Under the pieces are notes generated by a model. The model was not told the DNA's origin, searched no databases, and was given only the letters and a program-made list of their open reading frames with translations. The translations under genes were made by a program, and so were the position numbers. A stretch of DNA of 32,000 nt from Candidatus Electronema halotolerans (GTDB lineage Bacteria; Desulfobacterota; Desulfobulbia; Desulfobulbales; Desulfobulbaceae), in NCBI GenBank assembly GCA_942493095.1, contig OW818675.1, forward strand, positions 60,001 to 92,000, read 5' to 3'. Positions 13,816 to 22,627 of this stretch are shown one piece after another. The number at the start of each line of letters is the position of its first letter. Positions within the stretch are counted from its first letter, which is position 1.

Positions 13816-15626
13816 AAAAAAACACCCGCTGCGACCGGATCTTAGTTGTTGACGACAATCAGGAAATTCACGCGGATATCAAAAAAATCCTCCAAAAGCC
13901 GCAGGTTTCGCCGGAATTGGATTCGCTCTTTGCTGATATCATCGGCCAGGCTCTTCCGGCAAAAGAGCAGCAGGGCAAGGAGCAGGCCGAGCTGATCATT
14001 GACTCCGCCTTTCAGAGCGAGGAGGCTGTGGCCTTGGTCCGGCAGGCCCGGCTGGAGCGCAGACCCTATGCAATGGCCTATATTGACATGCGGATGCCGC
14101 CCGGCTTGGACGGACTCCACACTCTGCGGCGGCTCCAGCAGGAGGATCATCAGCTTCATTTTGTCGTCATCACCGCTTATGCCGACTATTCCTGGCAGGA
14201 GATCAGCTCGGCCATGCTCTCCGCCGACAAGCTCCTGATCCTGAAAAAACCCTTTGAGGCCATAGAAATTCGCCAGTCCGCCAGTGCCCTGCTGGAAAAA
14301 TGGCATCTGACCTTGGAGCACCGGCAGGCCATGTCCGCCTTGGTTATGCAGCGCAACATGCTGGAGGAGCATGTCCGCGAGCAGACTGCCGAGCTGCGCC
14401 ACACCAATGAGCTGCTGACCAAGGAGATCAAGGAGCGGCGGCGGGCTGAGGAGAAGATCCGCCAGCACCGCGACAGTCTGGAAAAGCAGATTGAGCTGCG
14501 CAGCGCGGAAATCATGCAGCAGAACCGCTTTCTCAACACGGTCATCAATGCTCTGCCGCATCCCTTTGCCGTCATTGATGTGGCCAGCCACCGGATTCTC
14601 GCCGCCAACCGGGCGGCGGGCAGCCGGGCCGCCGGGCGTGACCATCTGCGCACCTGCTATCAGTTCATGCACGGTCTTTCTCGGCCCTGCCACGAACGGG
14701 ACATGGAATGTCCGCTCCAGACAGTCCGTCAGCACGGCAAGCCGGTGGTGCTTGAGCAGACCATGAACGGCCCGGATGGCTCCAAGCAGGTCATGGAGAT
14801 TCACGCCTGCCCGGTGCTTGAACGGGACGGCAGGATCACCAGGGTGATCGAATACTGCGTTGACATCACCCGCCGGAAAAAAATGGAGCAGGAGCTGATC
14901 AGAAACAGGAAGATGGAGGCCATCTCGACAATGGCGGGCGGCATTGCCCATGATTTCAACAATCTGCTCATGGCGATCACCGGCAATATCGAACTGTCGC
15001 TCCTCAAGCTGCACCCGGAGCACAGCGTGCTGCCGTTTCTCAAAAATGCGGCCTTCTCAGCAGAAGAGGCCAAGCATCTGGCCCATAAATTCCTTCTTTT
15101 CTCCCACTTTGCCCCGCCTGCGCGCAGGCCGGTGCCCTTGGCCGAGCTGATCGCGGCTGCGGCCAGAGCCGCGCTGGATGGCAGCGGCAGCACAGCGGAA
15201 CTGCACCTGCCAGACAACCTCTGGCTCCTTTATGCTGATCCTGGACAGATTGAGCAGCTGCTCCAGGAGCTGCTCAAAAATGCCCGTGAAGCAATGGCTC
15301 CGGCAGGCGGCACCGTGCGGATCAGCGCCGAGAATGTCTGCCTGCTCGGCCATGAGGCCAGCGGTCGCAGCCAGGGCCGCTATGTCAGGATTGCGGTCAG
15401 CGACAAAGGCTGCGGCATTAAGAAGGAAGACCTGCCCAAAATTTTTGATCCCTATTTTTCCGGCAAAAGCAGAGGCTCGGTCAAAGGCATGGGGCTGGGA
15501 CTGACCATTGCCGCCTTCATTGTCAGCCAGCATGAGGGCCATCTCGAAGCCGAGGCCGGGCCAGGAGGGGTTGGTGCCACTGTGCTTGTTGACATTCCCG
15601 CTGCCGAGGTGAACGGGAACAGCTGA
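13812..15626 (+). CDS. Response regulator receiver - PAS - histidine kinase hybrid
   Basis: ATGA overlap with the upstream gene. 'RILVVDDNQEIH...AYIDMRMPPGLDG...VVITAYAD...LKKPF' REC; PAS with C..PC..CPL pattern; 'MAGGIAHDFNNLLMAITGNIELSL' H-box; 'SVKGMGLGLTIAAFIVSQHEG'. Confidence 0.92.
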   Translation: MKKNTRCDRILVVDDNQEIHADIKKILQKPQVSPELDSLFADIIGQALPAKEQQGKEQAELIIDSAFQSEEAVALVRQARLERRPYAMAYIDMRMPPGLDGLHTLRRLQQEDHQLHFVVITAYADYSWQEISSAMLSADKLLILKKPFEAIEIRQSASALLEKWHLTLEHRQAMSALVMQRNMLEEHVREQTAELRHTNELLTKEIKERRRAEEKIRQHRDSLEKQIELRSAEIMQQNRFLNTVINALPHPFAVIDVASHRILAANRAAGSRAAGRDHLRTCYQFMHGLSRPCHERDMECPLQTVRQHGKPVVLEQTMNGPDGSKQVMEIHACPVLERDGRITRVIEYCVDITRRKKMEQELIRNRKMEAISTMAGGIAHDFNNLLMAITGNIELSLLKLHPEHSVLPFLKNAAFSAEEAKHLAHKFLLFSHFAPPARRPVPLAELIAAAARAALDGSGSTAELHLPDNLWLLYADPGQIEQLLQELLKNAREAMAPAGGTVRISAENVCLLGHEASGRSQGRYVRIAVSDKGCGIKKEDLPKIFDPYFSGKSRGSVKGMGLGLTIAAFIVSQHEGHLEAEAGPGGVGATVLVDIPAAEVNGNS

Positions 15627-15701
15627 GTGACGTGAAACAACTCCTCATTTGGCAGGCGCAGAGCGCACTTGCAACGTGAATACATGTTACTTGGAGACAG
15701 C

Positions 15702-16913
15702 ATGGAATATGTCATTGTCGGCGGTTCCGTGGCCGCAGCTTCAGCGTTGGCGGCCATTCGTCAGAACAGGCCCAGGGCGGAAATCCGGGTCGTGGCTGAT
15801 GAAGCGGTTCCGTTTTATTATCGACCGCTGATTCCTTATTTGCTGGACGGCAGCCGGACTGCTGATGAAATCCTCTTTGCCGAGCAGCCCTCAGCCACTG
15901 ACGGGGCAGAACTGATCCACAACCGCTGCGTGGCCCTTGATCCAGCCCAGCAGCGCATCAGGCTGCAATCAGGCCGGGACGTGACCTACAGCAAACTGCT
16001 CTTGGCTGCGGGCGGCGCGCCGATCATGCTCTTGGGCGACCTTGACGGCGTGGAACACCAAGGAGTCTTCACCCTGCGCAGCATGGATGATGCGATCAAA
16101 ATCAGGGACTTCCTGCCCGGTTGCCGGACAGCGGCGGTCATTGGCGGCGGGCTGGTCGGCATCAAGGCGGCTGAGGCCTTGGCCAAGATTGGTCTGGCAG
16201 TCACGGTCATTGAACAGAAGGAGCAGATTCTGCCGCTCCGAGCAGACCACGTTGCGGCAGCGGCAATTGCGGCCCGGCTCATAGAAAAAGGCGTGACCGT
16301 TCTGACCGGGCAGGTGCCGCAGACAATAACTGCCTCGGCAGGCAGGGCAGACGGTGTGCGCCTTGCAGATGGCAGAACAGTGACGGCTGATCTGGTCATT
16401 CTCGCGGTTGGCATCAGGCCGAAGATTGATTTTCTCGCTCAATCAGGGATTGCCATCGAGCGGGGTGTGCTGGTGGACAGCCGGATGCAGACTTCGCTGC
16501 CAAACATTTATGCTGCCGGGGATTTGGTGCAGTTCACGGATCAGGCCGCAGGCGGCGAGGAAGTCAGCGCCCTGTGGAGCAATGCTGTTCACACCGGCAG
16601 AATTGCAGGCTCCAATATGAGCGGAGGCCGGGCCGTGGCACCGCCCATGCTTTCGGTCATGAACAGCACCGAGATCGCCGGACTGCCCCTGATTTCAGCC
16701 GGGCAGCTTGATGATCCGGCAGGAGAATGTGCTGTCTTTGCTGAATCCTGCGGCGACAGCTACCGCAAGCTCCTTTTTGCTGAGGAACGCCTTGTCGGCC
16801 TGCTCTTTCTTGGCAATGTTGACCGGGCCGGGGTCTATGTCAACATGATCCGCAACCGGATGCCGCTGCAAGGACGGCGGGGTGAGCTTGTCCGGGAGGT
16901 TATGAAATTCTGA
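15702..16913 (+). CDS. FAD-dependent NAD(P)-type pyridine nucleotide-disulfide oxidoreductase (rubredoxin/nitrite reductase-like)
   Basis: MEYVIVGGSVAAASALAAIRQNRP FAD motif; 'TAAVIGGGLVGIKAAEALAKIGLAVTVIE' NAD motif; 'IYAAGDLVQF'. GGAG upstream of ATG 15702 (track start 15669). Confidence 0.9.
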   Translation: MEYVIVGGSVAAASALAAIRQNRPRAEIRVVADEAVPFYYRPLIPYLLDGSRTADEILFAEQPSATDGAELIHNRCVALDPAQQRIRLQSGRDVTYSKLLLAAGGAPIMLLGDLDGVEHQGVFTLRSMDDAIKIRDFLPGCRTAAVIGGGLVGIKAAEALAKIGLAVTVIEQKEQILPLRADHVAAAAIAARLIEKGVTVLTGQVPQTITASAGRADGVRLADGRTVTADLVILAVGIRPKIDFLAQSGIAIERGVLVDSRMQTSLPNIYAAGDLVQFTDQAAGGEEVSALWSNAVHTGRIAGSNMSGGRAVAPPMLSVMNSTEIAGLPLISAGQLDDPAGECAVFAESCGDSYRKLLFAEERLVGLLFLGNVDRAGVYVNMIRNRMPLQGRRGELVREVMKF

Positions 16914-16942
16914 CAAGCAGGCTGCGCTCAAGAGGAAAACCA

Positions 16943-16987
16943 TCAACCATCACGGTTGACAGTAAAGAATTGACCGTGCTATATAAT
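16943..16987 (+). promoter_or_regulatory. Promoter with overlapping inverted repeat upstream of the molybdopterin gene
   Basis: TCAACC-ATCAC-GGTTGA (16943-16959) overlaps TTGACA (16956-16961); 18-bp spacer to TATATA/TATAAT (16980-16987). Confidence 0.55.
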
Positions 16988-17063
16988 GCAATTGTTTTGC
17001 GAGAAAGGTCATTGTTTCTTTTGGATGCAAGAGAAGAATTTCAGGCAGTTTTGGAGAAAAGCG

Positions 17064-19853
17064 ATGGGTGAACAAGTCAGTTTGCTGAAGGCGGCAACCT
17101 ACCATTTTATCTCCCTTTTCTATCGGGATGAAATTTCCCTGCCGCTTTTAGAAAAGCTGTCTGGCAGCCAAGTTGCGGCGCAGATCAGCGGCTTGGGGAA
17201 TAACCAAGAAGCAGCAGAACTTCATGCTCCTTTGGCCCGGATGAACGGCTGGCTTCAATCTGCTCCGGCAGAGGAACTGTTCCGCGAGCTGCGCCATGAC
17301 TATGCCGAGCTGTTTCTTAATGCAGGCCAGAATCCCGCCTTCCCATACAGCTCCTGTTATGTTTCCAGCAAGATTGAGCCGCTGCTCATGCAGGAGCCGT
17401 TGTTCCAAGCGCGCAAGGCCTATCATGCCAGCGGACTGCATAAGAACCCTGCTTGGCCGGACTTGGATGACCACATTGCCGTGGAGCTGGAATTCATGGC
17501 TTATTTGGCCGGACAAGCTGGAACTGAGAAGCAGCAGGCAGATTTTCTCTGCAATCACCTCCTGCCTTGGGCCGAGCCATTCTGCACCCAGCTTGCTGAT
17601 TCCGCAACAACAGATTTTTACAAAGGGCTGGCTGATCTGACAACAGCGGTGCTGACTGCGGATGATGCCACGCTCGCGGCCTTGGAACCGCTGCTGGCTG
17701 CGTTAGACGTGGACACTCAATTAGTCACGCTGGCGGAAGGGGCAGTGCCGCCGACAGAAGACAGCAGTGTCAAGACGCATTGCTATGTCTGCGCTGGTCT
17801 TTGCGGGCAGGAAATTAGAATCAAAGACGGGGTTATTGTCGGCTGCAAAGGGCTGGCCGGTGATCCCAAGGGTGGCGGGCGGCTCTGCATCAAAGGCGCG
17901 AATGCGCATAAGAACACCTATTCCGCCTACCGTTTGAAAACGCCGCTTATTCGTGAGCAAGGCCGATTCCGCAAAGCCTCTTGGCAGGAAGCCCTTGACC
18001 TGACTGCGGACAAGCTGAAGAGCTTTGCTCCCAAGACAGTCGGCTTTCATCAGGGCAATGACTTTAACAGCTGGTGTCACGATGCGGTCATGGCGGCCTA
18101 TGGCACACCCAATAAGACCACCCATCGCCAGATGTGCGACAATCCCAACCGGATGGCCAATGAGCACTGTCTGGGCGAGAAGCGGCCTTGGCTTGACTAC
18201 GCGCATTCGCAGTATATTCTCCTCTTTGGCATCAATGAGCTGGCCACCTCTGTCGGGCAGCGCAAGGTCAGCCTGCTCAAACAGGCGGTGAAGAATGGAG
18301 CCAAGCTGGTGGTGGTTGATCCGCGCCGCTGCGAGACAGCCCAGCTTGCCACCGAGTGGATACCGATCATTCCCGGCACAGACGGCGCCTTGGCAATGGC
18401 GATGTGCTATGTCATTGTTGCGGACAATCTTTATGACAAAAACTTCACGGAAAACTGGTGCTATGGCTTTGCCGAGTTCAATCAACGGCTGCTGGGCGAG
18501 GAGGACGGCATAGTTCGCAGTCCGCAATGGGCCGAGGCCATCTGCGGCGTGCCAGCGGCAACCATTGAGCGGCTGGCCCGTGAGTTTGCTGCTGCCGCCC
18601 CTGCCGCAGGCGCACTGTCATGGACTGGGGTTGGTCAGACACCAAATGCTGTTCACGCCACCCAAGCGATACAGGCCCTGAACGCCCTGCTCGGCTGCTT
18701 TGACGCGCCCGGCGGCCCGGCCTTGGTCGGCAAGTTCAAGCTAGCCTCGCCGTGGGCGGATGATCAGCCTAAGCCGCCCAAAAACGCCGAGAAGTTCAAA
18801 CTCAATCCCGGCAGACTGTGGAGCGGTTGGATTCCGGCCTATTTTGAAGAAGATGCGCAGGCCGGGCGGCTCAAGGCCATGCTCTGCTATTTCGGCAATC
18901 CGGTCATGTCCAGCGGCGCGGAGCCAAGCCTGCGCCGAGCGGTTGACAAGCTGGACTTTGCTTGCGCCATTGACTGCTTTATGAGCAATACTGACGAGCT
19001 GTGCGACGTGGTATTGCCGGACTGCACCTATTTGGAGCAGAGCCGGGTGGTTTCTGACTGGATGTATGAATCCTTTCTTTCGCTGGGCCAGAAGGCGATT
19101 GAGCCGCTGTATGAATCTCGGCCCGTGGTCTGGATATTCACGGAGCTGGCTCAACGGCTCGGCTTTGGCGAATATTTCCCGTGGCAGAGCGAGGACGAGT
19201 ACCTGCGCAATCAGCTCCGCAATCAGCAGGTGACGCTGGAGGAGCTGCGCGAGACGGGCTATTTCATCACCGACCCACAAGCCTTCCGCAAGTACGAGCA
19301 GTGGGGTTCGATCAATCCGCCGCCCGGTTACGGAGCCTCTGGTCACAGCGCGACCGGCAAATACAACTTCATCAATCCTGTTGCAGAAAAGGCTGGCCTG
19401 AACGCCCTGCCTGACTACCTGCCGCCGTGGCAGGACTGGCCGGAACTGGCCCCTGATGCGGATTATCCGCTCATTCTTGGCTACTTCCGGCTGCTGGAGC
19501 ATGAGCACACTGCGACCTGCTGGAATCCGGCCTTGATGAAGCAGTGCGGCAGCAATCCGGTCTGGATCAACTGGTTAGATGCGAAAGCCAGCAGCATTGC
19601 GGACGGCGATAAGGTGCTGATCGCTTCGCCTTGGGGACAGGTTCAGGGGACAGCAAAAGTGACGTGGGATATTCGTCAAGGTGTGCTGGCCACAGCAGGC
19701 GGCTTTGGCGGCAGATACGGGCTGGAAGGTGATCCTAAGTTTCCAAGCTGCGGCGGCTTCAACACCAATGTCCTCCTGCCGCCCAACGTGGCCTGCAAAT
19801 GGTCTGGCACCCCGCCGCTGAAGTATATCAAAACCAGAATTGAAAGGATTTGA
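17064..19853 (+). CDS. Fusion: TorD/DmsD-type chaperone domain + molybdopterin oxidoreductase catalytic subunit
   Basis: ATG 17064 with TTGGAG upstream. N-terminus 'LRHDYAELFLNAGQNPAFPYSSCYVSS...PDLDDHIAVELEFMAYLAG' (TorD family). From about residue 260 of the track ORF: 'HCYVCAGLCGQEI...GGRLCIKG' (4Fe-4S), 'KLVVVDPRRCETAQLATEWIPIIPGTDGALAMAM' (MGD binding). No Tat signal. Confidence 0.9.
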   Translation: MGEQVSLLKAATYHFISLFYRDEISLPLLEKLSGSQVAAQISGLGNNQEAAELHAPLARMNGWLQSAPAEELFRELRHDYAELFLNAGQNPAFPYSSCYVSSKIEPLLMQEPLFQARKAYHASGLHKNPAWPDLDDHIAVELEFMAYLAGQAGTEKQQADFLCNHLLPWAEPFCTQLADSATTDFYKGLADLTTAVLTADDATLAALEPLLAALDVDTQLVTLAEGAVPPTEDSSVKTHCYVCAGLCGQEIRIKDGVIVGCKGLAGDPKGGGRLCIKGANAHKNTYSAYRLKTPLIREQGRFRKASWQEALDLTADKLKSFAPKTVGFHQGNDFNSWCHDAVMAAYGTPNKTTHRQMCDNPNRMANEHCLGEKRPWLDYAHSQYILLFGINELATSVGQRKVSLLKQAVKNGAKLVVVDPRRCETAQLATEWIPIIPGTDGALAMAMCYVIVADNLYDKNFTENWCYGFAEFNQRLLGEEDGIVRSPQWAEAICGVPAATIERLAREFAAAAPAAGALSWTGVGQTPNAVHATQAIQALNALLGCFDAPGGPALVGKFKLASPWADDQPKPPKNAEKFKLNPGRLWSGWIPAYFEEDAQAGRLKAMLCYFGNPVMSSGAEPSLRRAVDKLDFACAIDCFMSNTDELCDVVLPDCTYLEQSRVVSDWMYESFLSLGQKAIEPLYESRPVVWIFTELAQRLGFGEYFPWQSEDEYLRNQLRNQQVTLEELRETGYFITDPQAFRKYEQWGSINPPPGYGASGHSATGKYNFINPVAEKAGLNALPDYLPPWQDWPELAPDADYPLILGYFRLLEHEHTATCWNPALMKQCGSNPVWINWLDAKASSIADGDKVLIASPWGQVQGTAKVTWDIRQGVLATAGGFGGRYGLEGDPKFPSCGGFNTNVLLPPNVACKWSGTPPLKYIKTRIERI

Positions 19854-19901
19854 CCTCGCAACAGCCAGCCTTTCAACCTCCTTCGCAATGACAAGCCAGC
19901 G

Positions 19902-21347
19902 TCATTGCATGGTGCTTCCGCTGCATCTTGGCCACCGCAGCCTGCTGAGGTCGTCCAATGAAACCAAACGCAGCAGGAAACCAGCTCCTGCGCAGATGAA
20001 AACACCAAGCAGCAGTGGCAGAATAATGCCATAGTTCTGGGCTATTGCAGCGGCTGCTGTTCCGGCTGCGCCGCCGATTGTCAGCGTCAGCATGGTTTTG
20101 GTCAGCATGGCGGGCAGCAGGTCGCGGAAGAGCAGCCAGTTGATGACAAACATCAGGCCGCTGGAAAGAACAATTGCCCAGCTGCTGCCGAGCGACGCAT
20201 AGTGCGGTATCAGAAGCAGATTGCCTATTCCGCAGAGCAGCACTCCTGCCGCCTGCACCCAGCCCATTGCGCTGACCCGTTTTGCGGCAATGAAAAAGGC
20301 ATCAAAGATCGTGTTGAGAAAGGAAAAGCTGATCGACAGGGAAAGAATGCGGAAAACCTGCGCTGAAGCCGTGAAGTCCGGGCCGAGAATGAGCGGAATG
20401 ATCTGATCTGCCAAGGCGGCGGCAAAAAAGGTCAGCAGGAGGCAGACAAGGAGCATGAAGCGGAACACGGCCTGACTGGTCTGGCGCAGCTCGTCCCGAT
20501 TTTCGGCAAAAAAGAGGCGGGAGAAGATCGGCAGCAGGACTGGCATGAAGGTCATGGGAATGATCTGCACTCTGGTGAAAATGCGGAATGGAGCCTGAAA
20601 CAGGGCTGCCTCGGCATTGCCCGCCAAGACCTTGAGAAGAAAAACGCCTGTGTAAAGGTGCAGCTGCACCAAGAGTTGAAACAGGCCGATCTGCAAGGAC
20701 TCACGCAGCAGGTCTTTGGCGTGGCGCAAGGTGAAAATTTGCCGAGGCAGCTCGCGCAGATAAGGCGAGAGTTTGCTGGTCAGCCAAATTGTTGTCATGA
20801 AACCGGCCAGACAGGCAAGGGCATTGGCACTGAAAATCGCTCCAAGACCGAGCTGCCAGCGCATGACAAGGGCGACCAAGCCAATCAGGACAAAGGCGCT
20901 GGTCAGAGCCGGGATGGTTTCGTACTGCATCCGCTGCAAGGCAATGCTGACTGTGCCTGCGGTCTGGGTCATGGCCATGATGCCGGTGGTTGCGGCAATG
21001 ATCAGCAGCAGCTTGAGATCAGGCAGATTGATGAACGAGCCGACTACCAGCAGCCCGGCGGCGATGAGCAGGGTCAGAAGCAGATTCCATGTCCAGCCGA
21101 GCAGAATATGTCCAGCCGCACGTTCCTTGTGCTGGGCGATTTCCCGGACTAAAATTCTCGGAAAGCCCAAGTTCAGGAGCGGCAGGGCCACCCAGCCAAT
21201 GGCCATGAGCACGGAATAGCGGCCAAAATCTTCCAGCCCCAAATAGCGGGACAGCATCCCGACCAAGGTTAGGCCGACCAGCAGCTCGGCGGCGCGGGCG
21301 GCAAAAGTGAAGCTGAGATTGGCCGCCATGCGGCGGGTTTCACCCAT
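19902..21347 (-). CDS. Polysaccharide flippase (Wzx/MurJ-like oligosaccharide exporter)
   Basis: Multi-TM; 'FTFAARAAELLVGLTLVGMLSRYLGLEDFGRYSVLMAIGWVALPLLNLGFPRILVREIAQ'. Native ATG is 21347; the track start 21374 lies inside the IS end. Confidence 0.9.
   Translation of the reverse strand: MGETRRMAANLSFTFAARAAELLVGLTLVGMLSRYLGLEDFGRYSVLMAIGWVALPLLNLGFPRILVREIAQHKERAAGHILLGWTWNLLLTLLIAAGLLVVGSFINLPDLKLLLIIAATTGIMAMTQTAGTVSIALQRMQYETIPALTSAFVLIGLVALVMRWQLGLGAIFSANALACLAGFMTTIWLTSKLSPYLRELPRQIFTLRHAKDLLRESLQIGLFQLLVQLHLYTGVFLLKVLAGNAEAALFQAPFRIFTRVQIIPMTFMPVLLPIFSRLFFAENRDELRQTSQAVFRFMLLVCLLLTFFAAALADQIIPLILGPDFTASAQVFRILSLSISFSFLNTIFDAFFIAAKRVSAMGWVQAAGVLLCGIGNLLLIPHYASLGSSWAIVLSSGLMFVINWLLFRDLLPAMLTKTMLTLTIGGAAGTAAAAIAQNYGIILPLLLGVFICAGAGFLLRLVSLDDLSRLRWPRCSGSTMQ
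21344..21347. repeat. Target site duplication CCAT (left)
   Basis: Directly abuts IRL; identical to 22653-22656. Confidence 0.88.
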
Positions 21348-21410
21348 GGGTTCCTCGAAAAATACAACATCCATTCTGCTGCATTTGTTTTGTTATTTTT
21401 TATTTTAATA

Positions 21411-21438
21411 TTGAAATTTCAGTCTATTATGTTATAAT
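21411..21438 (+). promoter_or_regulatory. Putative transposase promoter
   Basis: TTGAAA (21411-21416), 16-bp spacer, TATAAT (21433-21438). Confidence 0.55.
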
Positions 21439-21454
21439 TTCGGCATCAATTCAA
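21426..21454 (-). promoter_or_regulatory. Putative outward-facing promoter from the IS toward the flippase gene
   Basis: On the minus strand TTGAAT (21454-21449), 17-bp spacer, CATAAT (21431-21426). Confidence 0.45.
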
Positions 21455-21477
21455 CTCATGCTGCCGGAGATGCACAG

Positions 21478-22491
21478 ATGAACCAACTTGGATTTTTTGA
21501 TTTTTATATTCGTCTTTCCCGAATTGACAAAGCAGGTGATCCTTTAGTTAAGATCAACAAGGCTATTGACTGGGAAATATTTCGGCCAATTCTTGAAGAA
21601 GCAAAAAGAAAGCCTGTGAAATCAAATGCTGGAGCTAAAGGTTATGATTCAGTCATGATGTTCAAAATTTTAATTTTGCAATCATTATACAATCTTTCTG
21701 ATAAAGGGATGGAATATCAAATTCTTGACAGATATTCGTTTTCCAGATTCCTTGGACTTCGGGCGGCTGACAAAGTTCCAGATGCGACAACGATATGGCT
21801 TTTTCGTGAAACTTTGACCAAAGCAGGAAAAATCGAGGAACTGTTTTCTGTTTTTGACGAATTTCTTGATGAAAATGGATATCAAGCCAGAAAAGGGCAG
21901 ATAGTCGACGCTTCCATAGTCAACGCCCCGATCCAGCGTAACAGCCGCAAGGAAAACAAGCAGATCAAGAATGGTGAACAGCCTGAAGGATGGAGTGAGA
22001 ATAAGCAGGCGCAGAAGGATACTGATGCCCGTTGGACCAAAAAGAACGGCAGAAGCTTTTTTGGTTATAAAAATCATATATCTGTTGATGTGAAGCATAA
22101 ATTCATCCGAAAATATGCGGTGACCAGCGCCGAGGTTCATGACAGCAATATTTTTGAGGAGCTGCTTGACCCTGACAACACCAGTCGGGATATCTATGCG
22201 GATTCGGCATACAGATCTGAAAAAAAGCTCAACTGGTTGAACGAGAATGGATACAGAGAGCATCTGAACCGCAAAGGAACACGAAGCCGGAAACTGACCG
22301 AATGGGAGAAGCAGGGAAATCGGACAAGATCAAAAATTCGCTCCCGGATTGAACACGTCTTCGGCATCCAGGCGCAACGTGCTGGCAATATGATTCTCCG
22401 AGGAACAGGTTTCATTCGCGCTGCTGCGAAAATAGGCTTGAGAAACTTGACGTTCAATATTGACAGGTACGGAACTCTTAATAAAATTTAA
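21478..22491 (+). CDS. IS5-family transposase (DDE)
   Basis: 337 aa; 'QILDRYSFSRFLGL', 'VPDATTIWLFRETL', 'QIVDASIVNAPIQRN', 'IYADSAYRSEKK', 'RSRIEHVFG'. Confidence 0.95.
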   Translation: MNQLGFFDFYIRLSRIDKAGDPLVKINKAIDWEIFRPILEEAKRKPVKSNAGAKGYDSVMMFKILILQSLYNLSDKGMEYQILDRYSFSRFLGLRAADKVPDATTIWLFRETLTKAGKIEELFSVFDEFLDENGYQARKGQIVDASIVNAPIQRNSRKENKQIKNGEQPEGWSENKQAQKDTDARWTKKNGRSFFGYKNHISVDVKHKFIRKYAVTSAEVHDSNIFEELLDPDNTSRDIYADSAYRSEKKLNWLNENGYREHLNRKGTRSRKLTEWEKQGNRTRSKIRSRIEHVFGIQAQRAGNMILRGTGFIRAAAKIGLRNLTFNIDRYGTLNKI

Positions 22492-22627
22492 GATTTAAAA
22501 AAAAGAAACGCATTCAGGAACATATTTCAACGGAAGTTTGCTCAAAATAAATAAAAAACAGGAAATAACAATTTATGTATTTGAAATTTTCAACTGTCAA
22601 AGACACTATTGATAAGCTGAAAAAACT

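Noticed and set aside
12466-15023. Minus-strand ORFs 12466-13461 and 13842-15023 under the kinase genes
   Set aside because: Low-complexity shadow ORFs opposite well-supported coding sequence.
16971-16987. TTGACC close to TATAAT as a promoter
   Set aside because: The spacing between the two boxes is far too short; the upstream TTGACA gives a plausible 18-20 bp spacer instead.
17721-19508. Minus-strand ORFs opposite the molybdopterin gene
   Set aside because: Shadow ORFs; the plus-strand ORF contains intact cofactor motifs throughout.
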